Below are positions 48,292 through 58,939 of a DNA stretch of 64,000 nt, piece by piece. The notes beneath the pieces were generated by a model. The model saw only the letters and a program-made list of their open reading frames with translations, made no database searches and had not been told where the DNA came from. Position 1 is the stretch's first letter. The number at the start of each line of letters is the position of its first letter. Location of the stretch: NCBI GenBank assembly GCA_018992685.1, contig JACVGT010000008.1:1-64000 (forward strand), given 5' to 3'. The stretch is from Theionarchaea archaeon (GTDB lineage: Archaea; Methanobacteriota_B; Thermococci; Methanofastidiosales; SZ-28-30). Both the position numbers and the translations under genes were made by a program.

Positions 48292-49149
48292 TCATTCTTT
48301 AAGAAAAATAAGATTTGTGCGCTTATACTTCTCTTTTTTGACTACATTTCTGCTTTCAAGGTCTGAAATTATCTTTGAAATCTTTGATTTAGAAAATCCC
48401 GTATTTCTCACCAGGTCTTTCTGAACAATCCTCCCCCCTGCCTTTCGTATTTCCTCCAGGACTTTCTGTTCATCAGCAACAACGTACTCGGGCTGGGGCT
48501 TGCGCCTTCTCCCCAGGTAGAACCCCACGGCAAGTCCGGCAACCAGTGCCGCAGCAAGGTAGTACAGCAGGAATTCGTCAGAGTTGGGAGAACTCACAGG
48601 CTTATACCCCAGTAATACCATGAACTCTTCTCCTTCCGACAGAACGTCTCTTTTCCATTTCACCACTAGGGTTTCCCGATACGAATAGAAGGAGGTGGGT
48701 ACAGGGTAAATGGGAGATACCACAGCCATTTCTGACGGAACGGTAATCTCAATCTGAAAATTCTTTACCGGAACAGAAAACTGGAATATGGGTGAGAATA
48801 CCCACTTTCCCTCCTTCACGGGGCTGATATAGCCAGAGGTATCAAATTCAACGGTAAAGGTATAGGGTCTCGACCCTATGATGTCAAGGTAGCACAGCAG
48901 CAGATCATTCTTGATCTCATGGTTAACCCTACCCTGGCTGTCATATACCTGCAGGTTCTCCAATGGATACAGAAAACTGTATTCAAGAATCGGCAGTGAA
49001 TCATAATTCTCCACAGTAATGGTAATCTCTTCATGGACCTTTCCCTCTGAAATATTGATGGTCACACTGTACTCAGTTATTTCATACGGGTAGTCCGTGG
49101 GTAAGGGCTGCAGCAACAGCATCACAGCAACCAATGCGCTGAGAACCAT
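48292..49149 (-). CDS. Membrane-anchored protein with C-terminal wHTH (COG2512-like)
   Basis: Signal peptide, beta-rich ectodomain, TM, then GGRIVQKDLV..TGFSKSKIS...LE. Confidence 0.8.
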   Translation of the reverse strand: MVLSALVAVMLLLQPLPTDYPYEITEYSVTINISEGKVHEEITITVENYDSLPILEYSFLYPLENLQVYDSQGRVNHEIKNDLLLCYLDIIGSRPYTFTVEFDTSGYISPVKEGKWVFSPIFQFSVPVKNFQIEITVPSEMAVVSPIYPVPTSFYSYRETLVVKWKRDVLSEGEEFMVLLGYKPVSSPNSDEFLLYYLAAALVAGLAVGFYLGRRRKPQPEYVVADEQKVLEEIRKAGGRIVQKDLVRNTGFSKSKISKIISDLESRNVVKKEKYKRTNLIFLKE

Positions 49150-49203
49150 GCAGTCACATACTGTACCTGCTTTAAAAAAGGTTCGTATTCTTCAAGACAA
49201 CAA

Positions 49204-49947
49204 TCAGACGAACCTGGTCTTCTCTATGCGCACTTTGTCTGGAAAGACTGTAGGTTCAGGAACCAGAAAGGGAATCAAAAGTTCAAAATCAGGCTGTTCA
49301 ATAATCACGTCCACACTTCTACTGAACTCAATAAACTCCTTCTTGAATCCCTTCTCTGCCTCTTCAAGGCACTGCTTCAATCGCTGTGTGAGGTTTGACG
49401 ACGGGTTAAACAAGATTGAGAATCCAACCTCTTGGAACATAGCCCAGTCATTCTCATCATTTCCCACTGCCACACTTTCCTTCTTGGACGATTTCTGGGC
49501 CACAATCTTCCGCACGAGGTCTCCTTTCGACTGCAGGGTGATGAGTGTCTCTGAAACAAGGGATCCCGTGATCTTTCCCTCTCGGATTTCGAGAGTGTTC
49601 CCATAGCACTCTGTAATTCCCAACCTCTCGGCAAAAGCGGCCGCTATCTGCTGCACTCCATTGGTGATGAGAATTGGCTGATACTCTGCTCTCTTCAGCG
49701 CTTCAATGGTTCTTTCAGCTCCTTTCACTACAGGCAGAGTGTCTCCCACTTCCTTCAGTATTGATTCAGGTATATCGCAGAACAGGCTCACTCCTTTCCG
49801 AATTACCCATTCCAGTCCAATCTTCTTGTTTGTCGTCCCAGAAAATATCTTCTTGAGCTCAGCTTCTCTGCCCACCTTTTCTGCAAAGTGAAGAGCGTGT
49901 GCTGTGGGGGTGAGTACCCCATCCATATCAAAGAAAACAAGCTTCAT
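49204..49947 (-). CDS. HAD-IB phosphatase, phosphoserine phosphatase-like
   Basis: FFDMDGVL, ITNG, K, AVGNDEND. Confidence 0.8.
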   Translation of the reverse strand: MKLVFFDMDGVLTPTAHALHFAEKVGREAELKKIFSGTTNKKIGLEWVIRKGVSLFCDIPESILKEVGDTLPVVKGAERTIEALKRAEYQPILITNGVQQIAAAFAERLGITECYGNTLEIREGKITGSLVSETLITLQSKGDLVRKIVAQKSSKKESVAVGNDENDWAMFQEVGFSILFNPSSNLTQRLKQCLEEAEKGFKKEFIEFSRSVDVIIEQPDFELLIPFLVPEPTVFPDKVRIEKTRFV

Positions 49948-49949
49948 GG

Positions 49950-50183
49950 TTACAACTCGACAACTACCAATGTCATGGATTCAGTGACACCGTCAATCCT
50001 CTCAATACGGTGAAGGATGATGTCTGTCAACTGGGTCAACCCTTCCACAGCCAAGTAGATCACCATGTCGTACGGGCCTGTAATGGCCTCAGCCTCTATC
50101 ACTTCATCCAGTTCTCTAACTCTCTCCAGTGCCGTCTTCAACATGCCAATACGCACTGTCAGGAGGAGATACGCGTACAGCAT
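49950..50183 (-). CDS. Stand-alone Lrp/AsnC ligand-binding (RAM) domain protein
   Basis: AYLL, V.EA..ITGPYD, I..IDGV..S.T. Confidence 0.85.
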   Translation of the reverse strand: MLYAYLLLTVRIGMLKTALERVRELDEVIEAEAITGPYDMVIYLAVEGLTQLTDIILHRIERIDGVTESMTLVVVEL

Positions 50184-50480
50184 ACTCTTTCTTTCGTTAG
50201 GAGTTTATAAAGTCTTTGATTCGCCGCAAGTACTGGATTTTGTAGAAATGAAAGCAGTCTGCAGAACCACCACGACATCCCTGATGCACTCAGACCCGGA
50301 TGAGCATGTCACTTCTGTTGAATTCGATTCTCGGTGGATAATTATAATGGGAGAGGGGCTCTGTGACGGGGAACTCATGGATTCCAAGAGTCTCATGGTG
50401 GAAAAGAGGATGTGATACAGGGAGTTGCTCTTCTTGACTGGAAGCACAAAGGTTTTTAACAGCTGATCGAAGTTTCTCTC

Positions 50481-50639
50481 ATGATGGTGGAAAAAGATTT
50501 ATGTATGTACTGTGGCTGTTGCGCCAGCGTCTGTCCATTCAGCGGTGTTATTGTTACAGATTATGATGTTCAGGTCACAGATACCTGTACAGACTGCAAG
50601 ACCTGCGTCAGAGCTTGCCCCATGGGGGCGATCCAATGA
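50481..50639 (+). CDS. 2x[4Fe-4S] ferredoxin (52 aa; not in the ORF track)
   Basis: CMYCGCCASVCP and CTDCKTCVRACPMGAI; ATGA overlap with the GGR gene. Confidence 0.92.
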   Translation: MMVEKDLCMYCGCCASVCPFSGVIVTDYDVQVTDTCTDCKTCVRACPMGAIQ

Positions 50640-51811
50640 GAGAATGTGATGTCCTTGTGGTGGGAGCAGGCCCGGCAGGAAGTATTGCAGCCCTAACTGC
50701 AGCCCCTCACTGCGACGTAGTGGTACTTGAGAAGAGAGCCCACATTGGGGTACCGAAGCAGTGTGCAGAAGGAACCAGTGAAGCGATTTTTGAGAAACTG
50801 GGCATACCACTGAGCCCCAAATGGGTATCCCGAAAGATCGAGTTTGCCCGGTTGATATCGCCTTCCAGAATCGCGGTTGATCTTAAAGATGAAAGAGTTA
50901 AACAACTCAAGTTTGGGTATGTTCTTGAAAGAAAGAAATTTGACAAAGCTCTTGCAGAGTTGGCGGCCAAGAAGGGAGCCGAGTTCTATCTGCGGACGCA
51001 GTATCAGGGACTGAAGCGAGAGGACAACCATGTTGTGATAAAAGCACGACAGTTTGATAAGGACCTGACCTTCAAAGCTCGGATTGTCATCGCTGCAGAT
51101 GGGTTAATGTCACGGGTTGCTAAAGATTTCGGCATTGATTCCACCACCAAGTTGAGACATCTTGAGTCATGCTGCCAGTACGAGATGACAGGAATGGAAC
51201 GAGAAAGCTGTATAGAACTGTATTTTGGAAATGAAATTGCTCCTAAAGGGTATGCATGGGTATTTCCCAAAGAGGGTGATGTGGCAAATGTGGGAATTGG
51301 CATTCTGCCCACCAAAGCCGAATACCCGGCAAAATACTATCTGGATAAATTCGTCAGCTGGTTGGGGCTTTCTGGAACGGTTGTAGAAGTAAATGCAGGG
51401 GGAGTTCCTGTGGGTGGTCCACTGGATCAGACCTATGACGATAACCTACTCATAGCAGGAGACGCGGCACATATGGCAAATCCCATCTCAGGAGGAGGTA
51501 TTCATACTGCCATGCTGTCGGGGAAGTTTGCAGGTGAGACTGCAACAAGAGCCCTGGAGTCGCAGAGTACTGATAAGGAGACTCTCTCTGAATATGAAAC
51601 ACGGTGGAAAGCAGACTTCGGCAGAGAACTTGACCTGTCACTGAAGGGACGGTTCATCTTGGAGGAGTTCACTGATGAAGACTTTGACGCCACAGCGAAA
51701 TGGATGAACGAGAAGGGGGTTGGTCAACTGGGTGCTCTGGACCTGGTAAAATTCGCTTTAAAGAGGCATCCCAAGTTTGCCATCAAGTTTGCGTCATTCC
51801 TTACTTCCTAA
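50636..51811 (+). CDS. Digeranylgeranylglycerophospholipid reductase (geranylgeranyl reductase)
   Basis: VVGAGPAG, P.QCAEG, AADG, APKGYAWVFPK, GDAA...NP.SGGGI. Confidence 0.92.
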   Translation: MRECDVLVVGAGPAGSIAALTAAPHCDVVVLEKRAHIGVPKQCAEGTSEAIFEKLGIPLSPKWVSRKIEFARLISPSRIAVDLKDERVKQLKFGYVLERKKFDKALAELAAKKGAEFYLRTQYQGLKREDNHVVIKARQFDKDLTFKARIVIAADGLMSRVAKDFGIDSTTKLRHLESCCQYEMTGMERESCIELYFGNEIAPKGYAWVFPKEGDVANVGIGILPTKAEYPAKYYLDKFVSWLGLSGTVVEVNAGGVPVGGPLDQTYDDNLLIAGDAAHMANPISGGGIHTAMLSGKFAGETATRALESQSTDKETLSEYETRWKADFGRELDLSLKGRFILEEFTDEDFDATAKWMNEKGVGQLGALDLVKFALKRHPKFAIKFASFLTS

Positions 51812-52154
51812 TTTCTTCTTTCTCATGCCCAGCATCAGGACTACGAGCTAATTCCAGACAGCTAAGATGTGGTACTAGTGCTTCATGAAAATGCGATAGC
51901 TGCAACACATCGAGGACTTAAAAAGGAAGGTTCTGGTACTGCAAATGGCACATGGATACATGGAGCTAAACAATGTTACTGGGCGGAATATGCGATTATT
52001 GTGATGTGCACAAGAATGATCTCTGCAAGAATATGCTGCTATTGCCGCAGCTGCCTACACCAGGGTGTTGCAACTTCATAATCGCTTCCTGAGAACTGGA
52101 ACACGCTGTGAGGAAGACCAAAACCTCATAAAGGGATACTGACCACAGGTGACC

Positions 52155-52988
52155 ATGGATATCAAGACACTGCTCGAATTGACCCGTCCCATAAACGACA
52201 TCATGTCCGGATTTGCTGTCTTCATTGCAGGAGCAATATCAGTGGGATGGCATATGCCACTCATGAGTCTGGCGGCTGCCTCCCTGGGTACTTTTTTTGC
52301 ATCTGCAGGGGGAATGGTAATCAATGATTATTTTGACATTGACATAGACAGCGTCAATCGTCCTCATAGACCCATACCTAGCAACAGAATAACTCGTCGG
52401 GGAGCATTACAATTCTCGCTGTTCTTATTTATGGGAGCTGGAGTATGCGTGCTGTTCACCAATGTGTGGTGCATCGTGGTGGGGCTCCCTGCGCTATTCT
52501 TGATCATTCTGTATTCCTGGAAGTTGAAGAGACGGCTGTTTGTGGGAAATCTGGCAGTAGCCCTGCTTTCTGCCCTGGCCCTACTGTATGGGGGGATTGC
52601 CGCGGGTAATATCCAGCTGGTATCCATCCTGGCCCTGATTGCCTTCTTTGCCACTGTTTCCAGAGAACTGGCAAAAGACATTGAGGATATTAAGGGCGAT
52701 CGAATAGGAGGATCTCAATCTGTGCCTGTCCTCCTTGGAGAGAATCTGAGTGCCCAGATTGCAGGTGGGTTTCTTGCCCTGGCCATTTGTACATCACTGC
52801 TCCCATATGTGCTTGGGATCTTCGGCAACCTGTATCTGGTGCTGATAGTACCCGTAAACCTGGTCATGGGGTTTGTTATGGTGCAGATGTTCCTGAAGAA
52901 CATTGAGAGAATACCAGTGTGGCAGAAAATGCTCAAAGTAGGAATGTACGTTACTCTGGGAATCTTCCTGGCAGCACGATTCATTTGA
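52155..52988 (+). CDS. Digeranylgeranylglyceryl phosphate synthase (UbiA family)
   Basis: LTRP.N, NDYFDIDIDSVNRPHRPIPS, RELAKDIEDIKGD. Confidence 0.9.
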   Translation: MDIKTLLELTRPINDIMSGFAVFIAGAISVGWHMPLMSLAAASLGTFFASAGGMVINDYFDIDIDSVNRPHRPIPSNRITRRGALQFSLFLFMGAGVCVLFTNVWCIVVGLPALFLIILYSWKLKRRLFVGNLAVALLSALALLYGGIAAGNIQLVSILALIAFFATVSRELAKDIEDIKGDRIGGSQSVPVLLGENLSAQIAGGFLALAICTSLLPYVLGIFGNLYLVLIVPVNLVMGFVMVQMFLKNIERIPVWQKMLKVGMYVTLGIFLAARFI

Positions 52989-53862
52989 GGGGTGGTACAC
53001 TAAACTTGAGGGCCTTTTCATACATGTGAAAGGTTGCGGGTGTGTCTCCAATGTATTCCCCTTCCACGTGAATCGAAAGAGGCTGATGGGAGTGCAGTTC
53101 CACATGACGCCCCCTGAAAGCTCCCACTTTTGGATTGTTCAGATGCGTTCCGCGGTATAATGTAGGTAATTTCACCAGTGATTCAAGTCTGCTGAGATCT
53201 CCAATGACAATGATGTCGAATAACCCGTCATCTACTTCCGCATGTGGTGCGATATTCATGCCTGCTCCCACATATTTTCCGTTAGCTACATCCACAAACA
53301 TGACCTTCTGATCAATGTGCACATCATCAACAGTCAGAGAAACGTCGATGCTCCGGTAATCTGCCAGATGCTTCAGAATTCCCATGACGTACGGGACAGT
53401 TCCCATTTTAGGTTTTGTGACCTGGCTAGTAGTCTTGGAAACCAACCCGTCGAATCCCATGCCCGCCACGCCAATGAAATACCTCTTTCCACCACTGAAC
53501 GTCACGCATCCTGCATCCACGCTGCGAACCACATCCTGGGAGATGGAACGGGATGCAGCAATGCAATCAGACACCAGTCCTGCAGACTTCACAAAGTCGT
53601 TTCCTGTTCCTGTTGGAATGACTGAGAGTACAATATCCCTCCCCATGATACCATTGATAATCTCGTTTAGAGTGCCGTCTCCCCCCACTGAAGCAATAAC
53701 ATCAAAGCCATTGTTCTCTGCAGCAATAGCAGTAGCGTGACCCCTCTCTTCCGTGTGCTGCACTTCAAAATCGTACTCCATGTCACGAAATACGCTCTTT
53801 ATGGCAGGCCAGTACTTACAGGTCCTTCCTGCCACCGGATTCACTATAGCGAGAATTCGCAC
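52981..53862 (-). CDS. Diacylglycerol kinase family lipid kinase (YegS/DgkB-like)
   Basis: NPVAG, GGDGTLNE, PTGTGNDF, GFDG, DDGLFD. Confidence 0.92.
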   Translation of the reverse strand: MRILAIVNPVAGRTCKYWPAIKSVFRDMEYDFEVQHTEERGHATAIAAENNGFDVIASVGGDGTLNEIINGIMGRDIVLSVIPTGTGNDFVKSAGLVSDCIAASRSISQDVVRSVDAGCVTFSGGKRYFIGVAGMGFDGLVSKTTSQVTKPKMGTVPYVMGILKHLADYRSIDVSLTVDDVHIDQKVMFVDVANGKYVGAGMNIAPHAEVDDGLFDIIVIGDLSRLESLVKLPTLYRGTHLNNPKVGAFRGRHVELHSHQPLSIHVEGEYIGDTPATFHMYEKALKFSVPPLK

Positions 53863-54306
53863 TGTCCTCCCTCAGGTTACAGTTTTCTGATGAGAGGGTA
53901 GAACTTGATGTTTTTAAGACTTTCGGTAGTTGCTGATGAGATTGTATGAAAGGCAGAAGAAAAGCTGAAGTGAGAGTATCTATTGGTGAAAATATTGTGC
54001 AAGAACAGTACACCGCTCCTCAGGAGTATCGACTCAGCATTTCCTGACTCTTTCATCCCGATACGGAGGTTAAGGAAGATTGTCTGATTTTTTTGGACTC
54101 TCGCTTCGAGGAAATTGAGGAAAGTGGCAAATGAGTGCACTGTAGAGTATAGACGACTCCGCCATGCTGAATCTGCTTTCCCACCATAAGACTTATATAC
54201 ATCTTTCTAGAAATGTCTCATTACTATAGTGTCCGGCAACTCTTACAGCACCTGAATACATTAGTGGTGAGAAGTGTCCAGAACGTTGTGCAGGCAGGAT
54301 GATGGA

Positions 54307-54879
54307 ATGCAGCTCCCCAAACAAAAAAAACTCTACAGCGATCTTGAAACGAGATTCACAGATTTGGAATCTCTCATCAGAGAGCTGAAAAAAAGGAAGC
54401 TTACAGGAGTGCTAAAACTGACGTTCGATGCGTGTGAGGGAGTGAGCATCTTTGATGAAGGAAGAATTATTGACGGATACGAGATATATGGGGAAGAAAT
54501 GCCTGTCAAGGATCGGAAAGGACATAATATTATGGAACGTTCCCAGATCGAACCAGGAAAGATCGACGTATATGAACTGCCACGGGAGATTCTTCAGATA
54601 TTCATCATGACACTCAGAGAGCGGCCCACTCAGACTCTCCACACCATGTATGCAGATTTCAAGAAGCTGCTCAACTTCTATGTTCAGAGGAAACTCTATG
54701 GCACACTGGAAGTGAAAACATCTCAGGGGAAGGGATATGTCTTGCTGGACGCTGGAAAGCCTATTGATGTTTTTTTTGGCGATAGATGTGGCAGCGAAGC
54801 TCTGGATCAGCTGCTAGAATGTGTTGATAGGGAAGATGTAGAGATCAGCATCTACTCACGAGAGGGAGGTGTTCGATGA
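54307..54879 (+). CDS. Hypothetical protein with two DUF2226-like repeats
   Basis: Duplicated pattern T.(F/Y).D...L......KL.G.L......G......G..ID. Confidence 0.55.
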   Translation: MQLPKQKKLYSDLETRFTDLESLIRELKKRKLTGVLKLTFDACEGVSIFDEGRIIDGYEIYGEEMPVKDRKGHNIMERSQIEPGKIDVYELPREILQIFIMTLRERPTQTLHTMYADFKKLLNFYVQRKLYGTLEVKTSQGKGYVLLDAGKPIDVFFGDRCGSEALDQLLECVDREDVEISIYSREGGVR

Positions 54880-55751
54880 AGCATGAAGGATACCATGACA
54901 TAGGCAGTCGGATGAAGTACAAAGAGTGGTGGGATTTCTATTTCTTTTCCCGGAGAGAGAACCTTGTCTTTTCCTTTATCATGCTGAAGTCCAAGATCAG
55001 GGACCATCTCAGCAGCTGCATATGGAATTTCAAGAAGGACGAGAGGATCGAACTGAGCTTTGATTCAGGAATAGAAGCTTCACAGGAAGACTACACAGAT
55101 TTACACGCTGAAGGAAAATGGGGAACTGCATCAGTGAAGGGGAAATACGAAGAAGGAGGATGGGAACTCAGAATCAAGAATCCAGAATTCTCTGCGGATC
55201 TCTTCTACTCTCCAGATTGTCCTCAGAAGATCATTGAGCGGTTCTGGGATGATCAGTTCAAGTGTGAGTTGTTCCCCAAGGTTACGGTTACCGGGACGCT
55301 TGACGCCTTCGGGAGAACATATGAGATCAACACGTACGGGTGCAGGGAGCATACGTTCTGCGACTTTCCCCGCAATGTTGCATGGAACTGGGTGATTGTA
55401 CTCCACGATGATTATTCCGTTGTGGTTTCCCAGGGAGACTATTCAGGATTTGATTACAAGTATGCCGTCATGTTCTGTGAGGGAAAGTGGGTTGATCTGG
55501 ACGCAGACGTTGATTTTGTGGTGGATGAAGATCACCTTCTGAAAACCTGCAAGGTGACCTCTGCTGACATGAACCTGGATATTTACCCTATCAGGCACCG
55601 GTACGAACATAAAAAGATACTGCTTGGTCTTCTTGTGGACTCTCACTACTGGGAACTCCCCACACGAATTGCGGGAACTGTCACCTTCAAGGATAGGAAG
55701 GTGCCAGTAGAAACCTATGGAATCATGACTCGGTCTAGAATGAAGTGGTAG
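54876..55751 (+). CDS. AttH/CrtC/tocopherol-cyclase-like beta-barrel protein
   Basis: YKEWWDFY, VTGTL, G.REH, WNW motifs. Confidence 0.6.
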   Translation: MKHEGYHDIGSRMKYKEWWDFYFFSRRENLVFSFIMLKSKIRDHLSSCIWNFKKDERIELSFDSGIEASQEDYTDLHAEGKWGTASVKGKYEEGGWELRIKNPEFSADLFYSPDCPQKIIERFWDDQFKCELFPKVTVTGTLDAFGRTYEINTYGCREHTFCDFPRNVAWNWVIVLHDDYSVVVSQGDYSGFDYKYAVMFCEGKWVDLDADVDFVVDEDHLLKTCKVTSADMNLDIYPIRHRYEHKKILLGLLVDSHYWELPTRIAGTVTFKDRKVPVETYGIMTRSRMKW

Positions 55752-55822
55752 CTTCCACCCTGTGCTCGAGGTGTACCACATCACATTGACAATAGTTATA
55801 AACTCATTCTCCTATAGCAATT

Positions 55823-56866
55823 ATGGAAGTAAAGGACGAGGACAAGAAACTCCATGATGACGGCATCTTAGACAGTCTCATGGGCTACAAGGAATGGTTC
55901 CACTTTCTGGGCACCTTTTTTGTTGATGAAACTCCGTTGTCATTTATGCTGGGCTTTCCCAGGAGTTTTACTGGGATGGGTGCTTTTGGATGGATTGCTT
56001 TTCAGAAGAACCAATACTCCCTGGTAGGAAACCCGGATCAAGACAAAGATGGATTCTTCGATCTTCAGAGAATCCCTGTTAAGTTCCAGACTACAACGTC
56101 CGGATACGAGCTCTGGTACGTGGCAGAACCACAACCGCGCAACATATACCATGGTATCATTGAGGGGAACTATCCTCACTATGCCCTGGAGATTGAAACA
56201 CCTCAGGTAGACATCAAAATGACCATGGACATCGAGCTTGACCCGTGTTCAGTTACCACCAAAGAGGTTTTCAGCTGGATGCCTTTTGAAAAAAGAATCG
56301 CCAGCTGGTTTCATTCAGGGGATATCACAATGTCGTTGAAGGGCACCGTAAGGGGCGAAGATGTGACAACAAGCAGCAGAAAAAATCGAGGATGGTATGA
56401 ACGCATGTGGTCCAAGATCCCTGTGTGCTGGCCTTCTGAATGGTTGTGGATCATGTCACACCCGGAGACGGGAGCAGTCCTTGACCTGTATATTGCCACA
56501 TCTCTGGGAATTAGAGTGCGGCCCCTGGATGAGTGCTGGCTGTACATCAATGGAAAATTTCATCCTTTTCGTGAGTATACTGCCGAATTTCCCCGCACCC
56601 TGGAGACAGCTATCAGAGAAAAGAAGTATCCTGACATCATTGGGAAAGAAATCCACTGTGAGGGACGTGATGGAGACAATTCTTTTGACCTTACCGCCGA
56701 GATTACCGATTTCCGGCAATATGAATACAAAGATTACAGTGCACGGGTTAAATACGTCAATTTCTTCTTTGATACCACAGGTGAAGCAGTCATCGACGGA
56801 ACTGCCACAACCCTGAACGGGAAAGGAGCTGCAGAGCGCGCTCCTATGCTGTACTGGTGGATTTAG
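55823..56866 (+). CDS. AttH/CrtC-like (lipocalin-like) protein
   Basis: YKEWFHF, GWYERMWS, WLW, G.G.AE. Confidence 0.6.
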   Translation: MEVKDEDKKLHDDGILDSLMGYKEWFHFLGTFFVDETPLSFMLGFPRSFTGMGAFGWIAFQKNQYSLVGNPDQDKDGFFDLQRIPVKFQTTTSGYELWYVAEPQPRNIYHGIIEGNYPHYALEIETPQVDIKMTMDIELDPCSVTTKEVFSWMPFEKRIASWFHSGDITMSLKGTVRGEDVTTSSRKNRGWYERMWSKIPVCWPSEWLWIMSHPETGAVLDLYIATSLGIRVRPLDECWLYINGKFHPFREYTAEFPRTLETAIREKKYPDIIGKEIHCEGRDGDNSFDLTAEITDFRQYEYKDYSARVKYVNFFFDTTGEAVIDGTATTLNGKGAAERAPMLYWWI

Positions 56867-56875
56867 AGAGGGGCA

Positions 56876-58939
56876 TCAGTCTGCAGGGACCCTTACACAC
56901 ATGGGACGAGAAAGTGTGTCGTTCATGTCCCAGGCGACCTGCAGTATGCCCATTCGTTCTACGCCACGGGGCCCATCTAGATGAATTTCACCTGCTTCTC
57001 CGCAGTAGATACCCTGTCCCCTGTCATGGGCTTCACAGACGAGAATGGTGTGACCATCAGTGCTGGCCAGAGAATGCTTCCAGCCCAGGGGAGTCTCAGT
57101 AACCTCCACCGGCGAGGTGCACCTCATCGTAATGACAATCCGGGTGAGTGTGCTTCCCTCCTTCAGATTTGTCACCCGCCACCTGTATGTCGTATGCAGC
57201 CCAAAGAAGTCGGCCACGCGATCTGATACTTCAAAGGTCTCTCTCAGCCCAATTTCCCCAAAAGAGCGCCTGGCAGATTCTCGCAGAGATACCAGCTCAG
57301 ACTGATGGACCACAATTCTGATCCTGTCCCTGGTGTACACCCCATGGTACCCTGGAGGACTCAACTTGACAGCCTCTGCGCCCCCTTCCTCATTCTGTAT
57401 TCCAATGGGACCAGACGATATGGCATTGCAGAAAACGGGCCCTCTCTTGAGGGCATTCCCATCTCTCAGAATGACGTGAGGGCCTTCCACCTGGAATATG
57501 CCTGTCCTGTGAGCATGGCCCGTGAGTACGATGTCCACTCCCTTTTCAGGAATGGCTGTGTAGCCCATCCTCCCATAGAGGCTGCTTCCAAGGCACACCC
57601 TGATAAACTCATTCCGTTTCAACCGGAAGGTTCCATCCACCAGATCCTTCTGTGGCTCATAGTGATCTGTCAGCCCGCTGGTGTAGAAGATGTTGGTCTC
57701 AGGATTGGCAGCAACCTCCCGATCCCCTATCTCGGGGAAGGGGTTAAAGACTGAACAGTGCATTGCCACCACCGAGACTACCGGGTTCCTCTTCCTGTGA
57801 TTGATAACTTTCTTCCGCCACAGGGTCAGAGTCTTCCATTGTCTTGGAGAGAGGGCCTTCTCTGCCCAGGGGTTGCCCTCCTCATGATCTTCTCCCAGGT
57901 TCCAATCAAGCATCAGAAAGGCCATGTTCCCGTAAAAGAACTGATAGTCAAGAAGAGGGTTGAGAACAAGAGCATACCATCGCACAGCGTAGGGAGCTTT
58001 TAAAATGTGATTCTTGGTGATGTTGAGTGCGTGAGGGTCTTCATGGAGACCATTCATCTCGGTGCGAGTCAGGTTGACGGTCGGCGCCATGTTGAAGAAC
58101 TCGCGGATCCTCCTGGACAGGATCAAAGGATTGGGGGGATATGGATTAAGCCGGTAATCATGGTTACCCAGCACAGAAAAGAAGGGTTTCTCATAGGTCC
58201 TGTACAGTATCTGGTAAAAGAGAGCCCAGTTTCTGTCCAGGTGATAATCTCTTGACAGGTCGTTTTCCCCATCCGGGTTGTGATATCCTCTGTTGTAGTC
58301 GGTGATGTCTCCTGTGTGAATGATGATGTCCACATCCTTGTTCTGGGCTATCATGGTCAAAAGATGCTCAACCTGAGCATTGTAGTTTGAGAAATCACCT
58401 GGTTTTCCTTCCTCCAGACAGGATTGAGACCGCACATCATGGTAATTGGAATTCCACCTGTCTTCCAGCAGGTAGAGCCTGTTTGCCATGTGACTGTCTG
58501 ACATGTGGGCAATGTTCAGGTAGTCAGACTTCCCGATGTAGAAGGGGTGGTACAGCTTCACAGAGTCATCCAGGAAGGAGTCGGGAGACTCCCGCCTGAG
58601 AATGTGGGCAACCTGTTCATCCGAGGAATGGGCCAACTGGTACAACCCCTTTGACACAGACAGCCTGATCCGTGCCCTCACCAGCCGGGTGAGCCCTTCT
58701 TTCTTGTATGCTGAGAGCACAAACTCTGATATGTGGCAATCTGATGGGACAAAATTTACCATTTCAATATCCTTTCTGTCAAGTGACTTTGATTTTCCTT
58801 TCTTCCATGGTGAATAGGACAGTTCACAGAGTTCGTCCTGATGAAATGATTTGGTCGTCAGAAGAAGAACATCCACTTCATCTCCCTTCTTGAAGAGACC
58901 GGGGCATGCGAGAGCCGGAGTAAGGACAACAAAGCTCAT
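56876..58939 (-). CDS. Calcineurin-like metallophosphoesterase with accessory domains
   Basis: HMSDSH, TGDITD, GNHD, GHAH. Confidence 0.85.
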   Translation of the reverse strand: MSFVVLTPALACPGLFKKGDEVDVLLLTTKSFHQDELCELSYSPWKKGKSKSLDRKDIEMVNFVPSDCHISEFVLSAYKKEGLTRLVRARIRLSVSKGLYQLAHSSDEQVAHILRRESPDSFLDDSVKLYHPFYIGKSDYLNIAHMSDSHMANRLYLLEDRWNSNYHDVRSQSCLEEGKPGDFSNYNAQVEHLLTMIAQNKDVDIIIHTGDITDYNRGYHNPDGENDLSRDYHLDRNWALFYQILYRTYEKPFFSVLGNHDYRLNPYPPNPLILSRRIREFFNMAPTVNLTRTEMNGLHEDPHALNITKNHILKAPYAVRWYALVLNPLLDYQFFYGNMAFLMLDWNLGEDHEEGNPWAEKALSPRQWKTLTLWRKKVINHRKRNPVVSVVAMHCSVFNPFPEIGDREVAANPETNIFYTSGLTDHYEPQKDLVDGTFRLKRNEFIRVCLGSSLYGRMGYTAIPEKGVDIVLTGHAHRTGIFQVEGPHVILRDGNALKRGPVFCNAISSGPIGIQNEEGGAEAVKLSPPGYHGVYTRDRIRIVVHQSELVSLRESARRSFGEIGLRETFEVSDRVADFFGLHTTYRWRVTNLKEGSTLTRIVITMRCTSPVEVTETPLGWKHSLASTDGHTILVCEAHDRGQGIYCGEAGEIHLDGPRGVERMGILQVAWDMNDTLSRPMCVRVPAD

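Noticed and set aside
53877-54270. Unassigned gaps with short ORFs (also 45930-46150, 50205-50447, 51830-52120)
   Set aside because: No convincing coding signal, repeat or RNA structure was recognised
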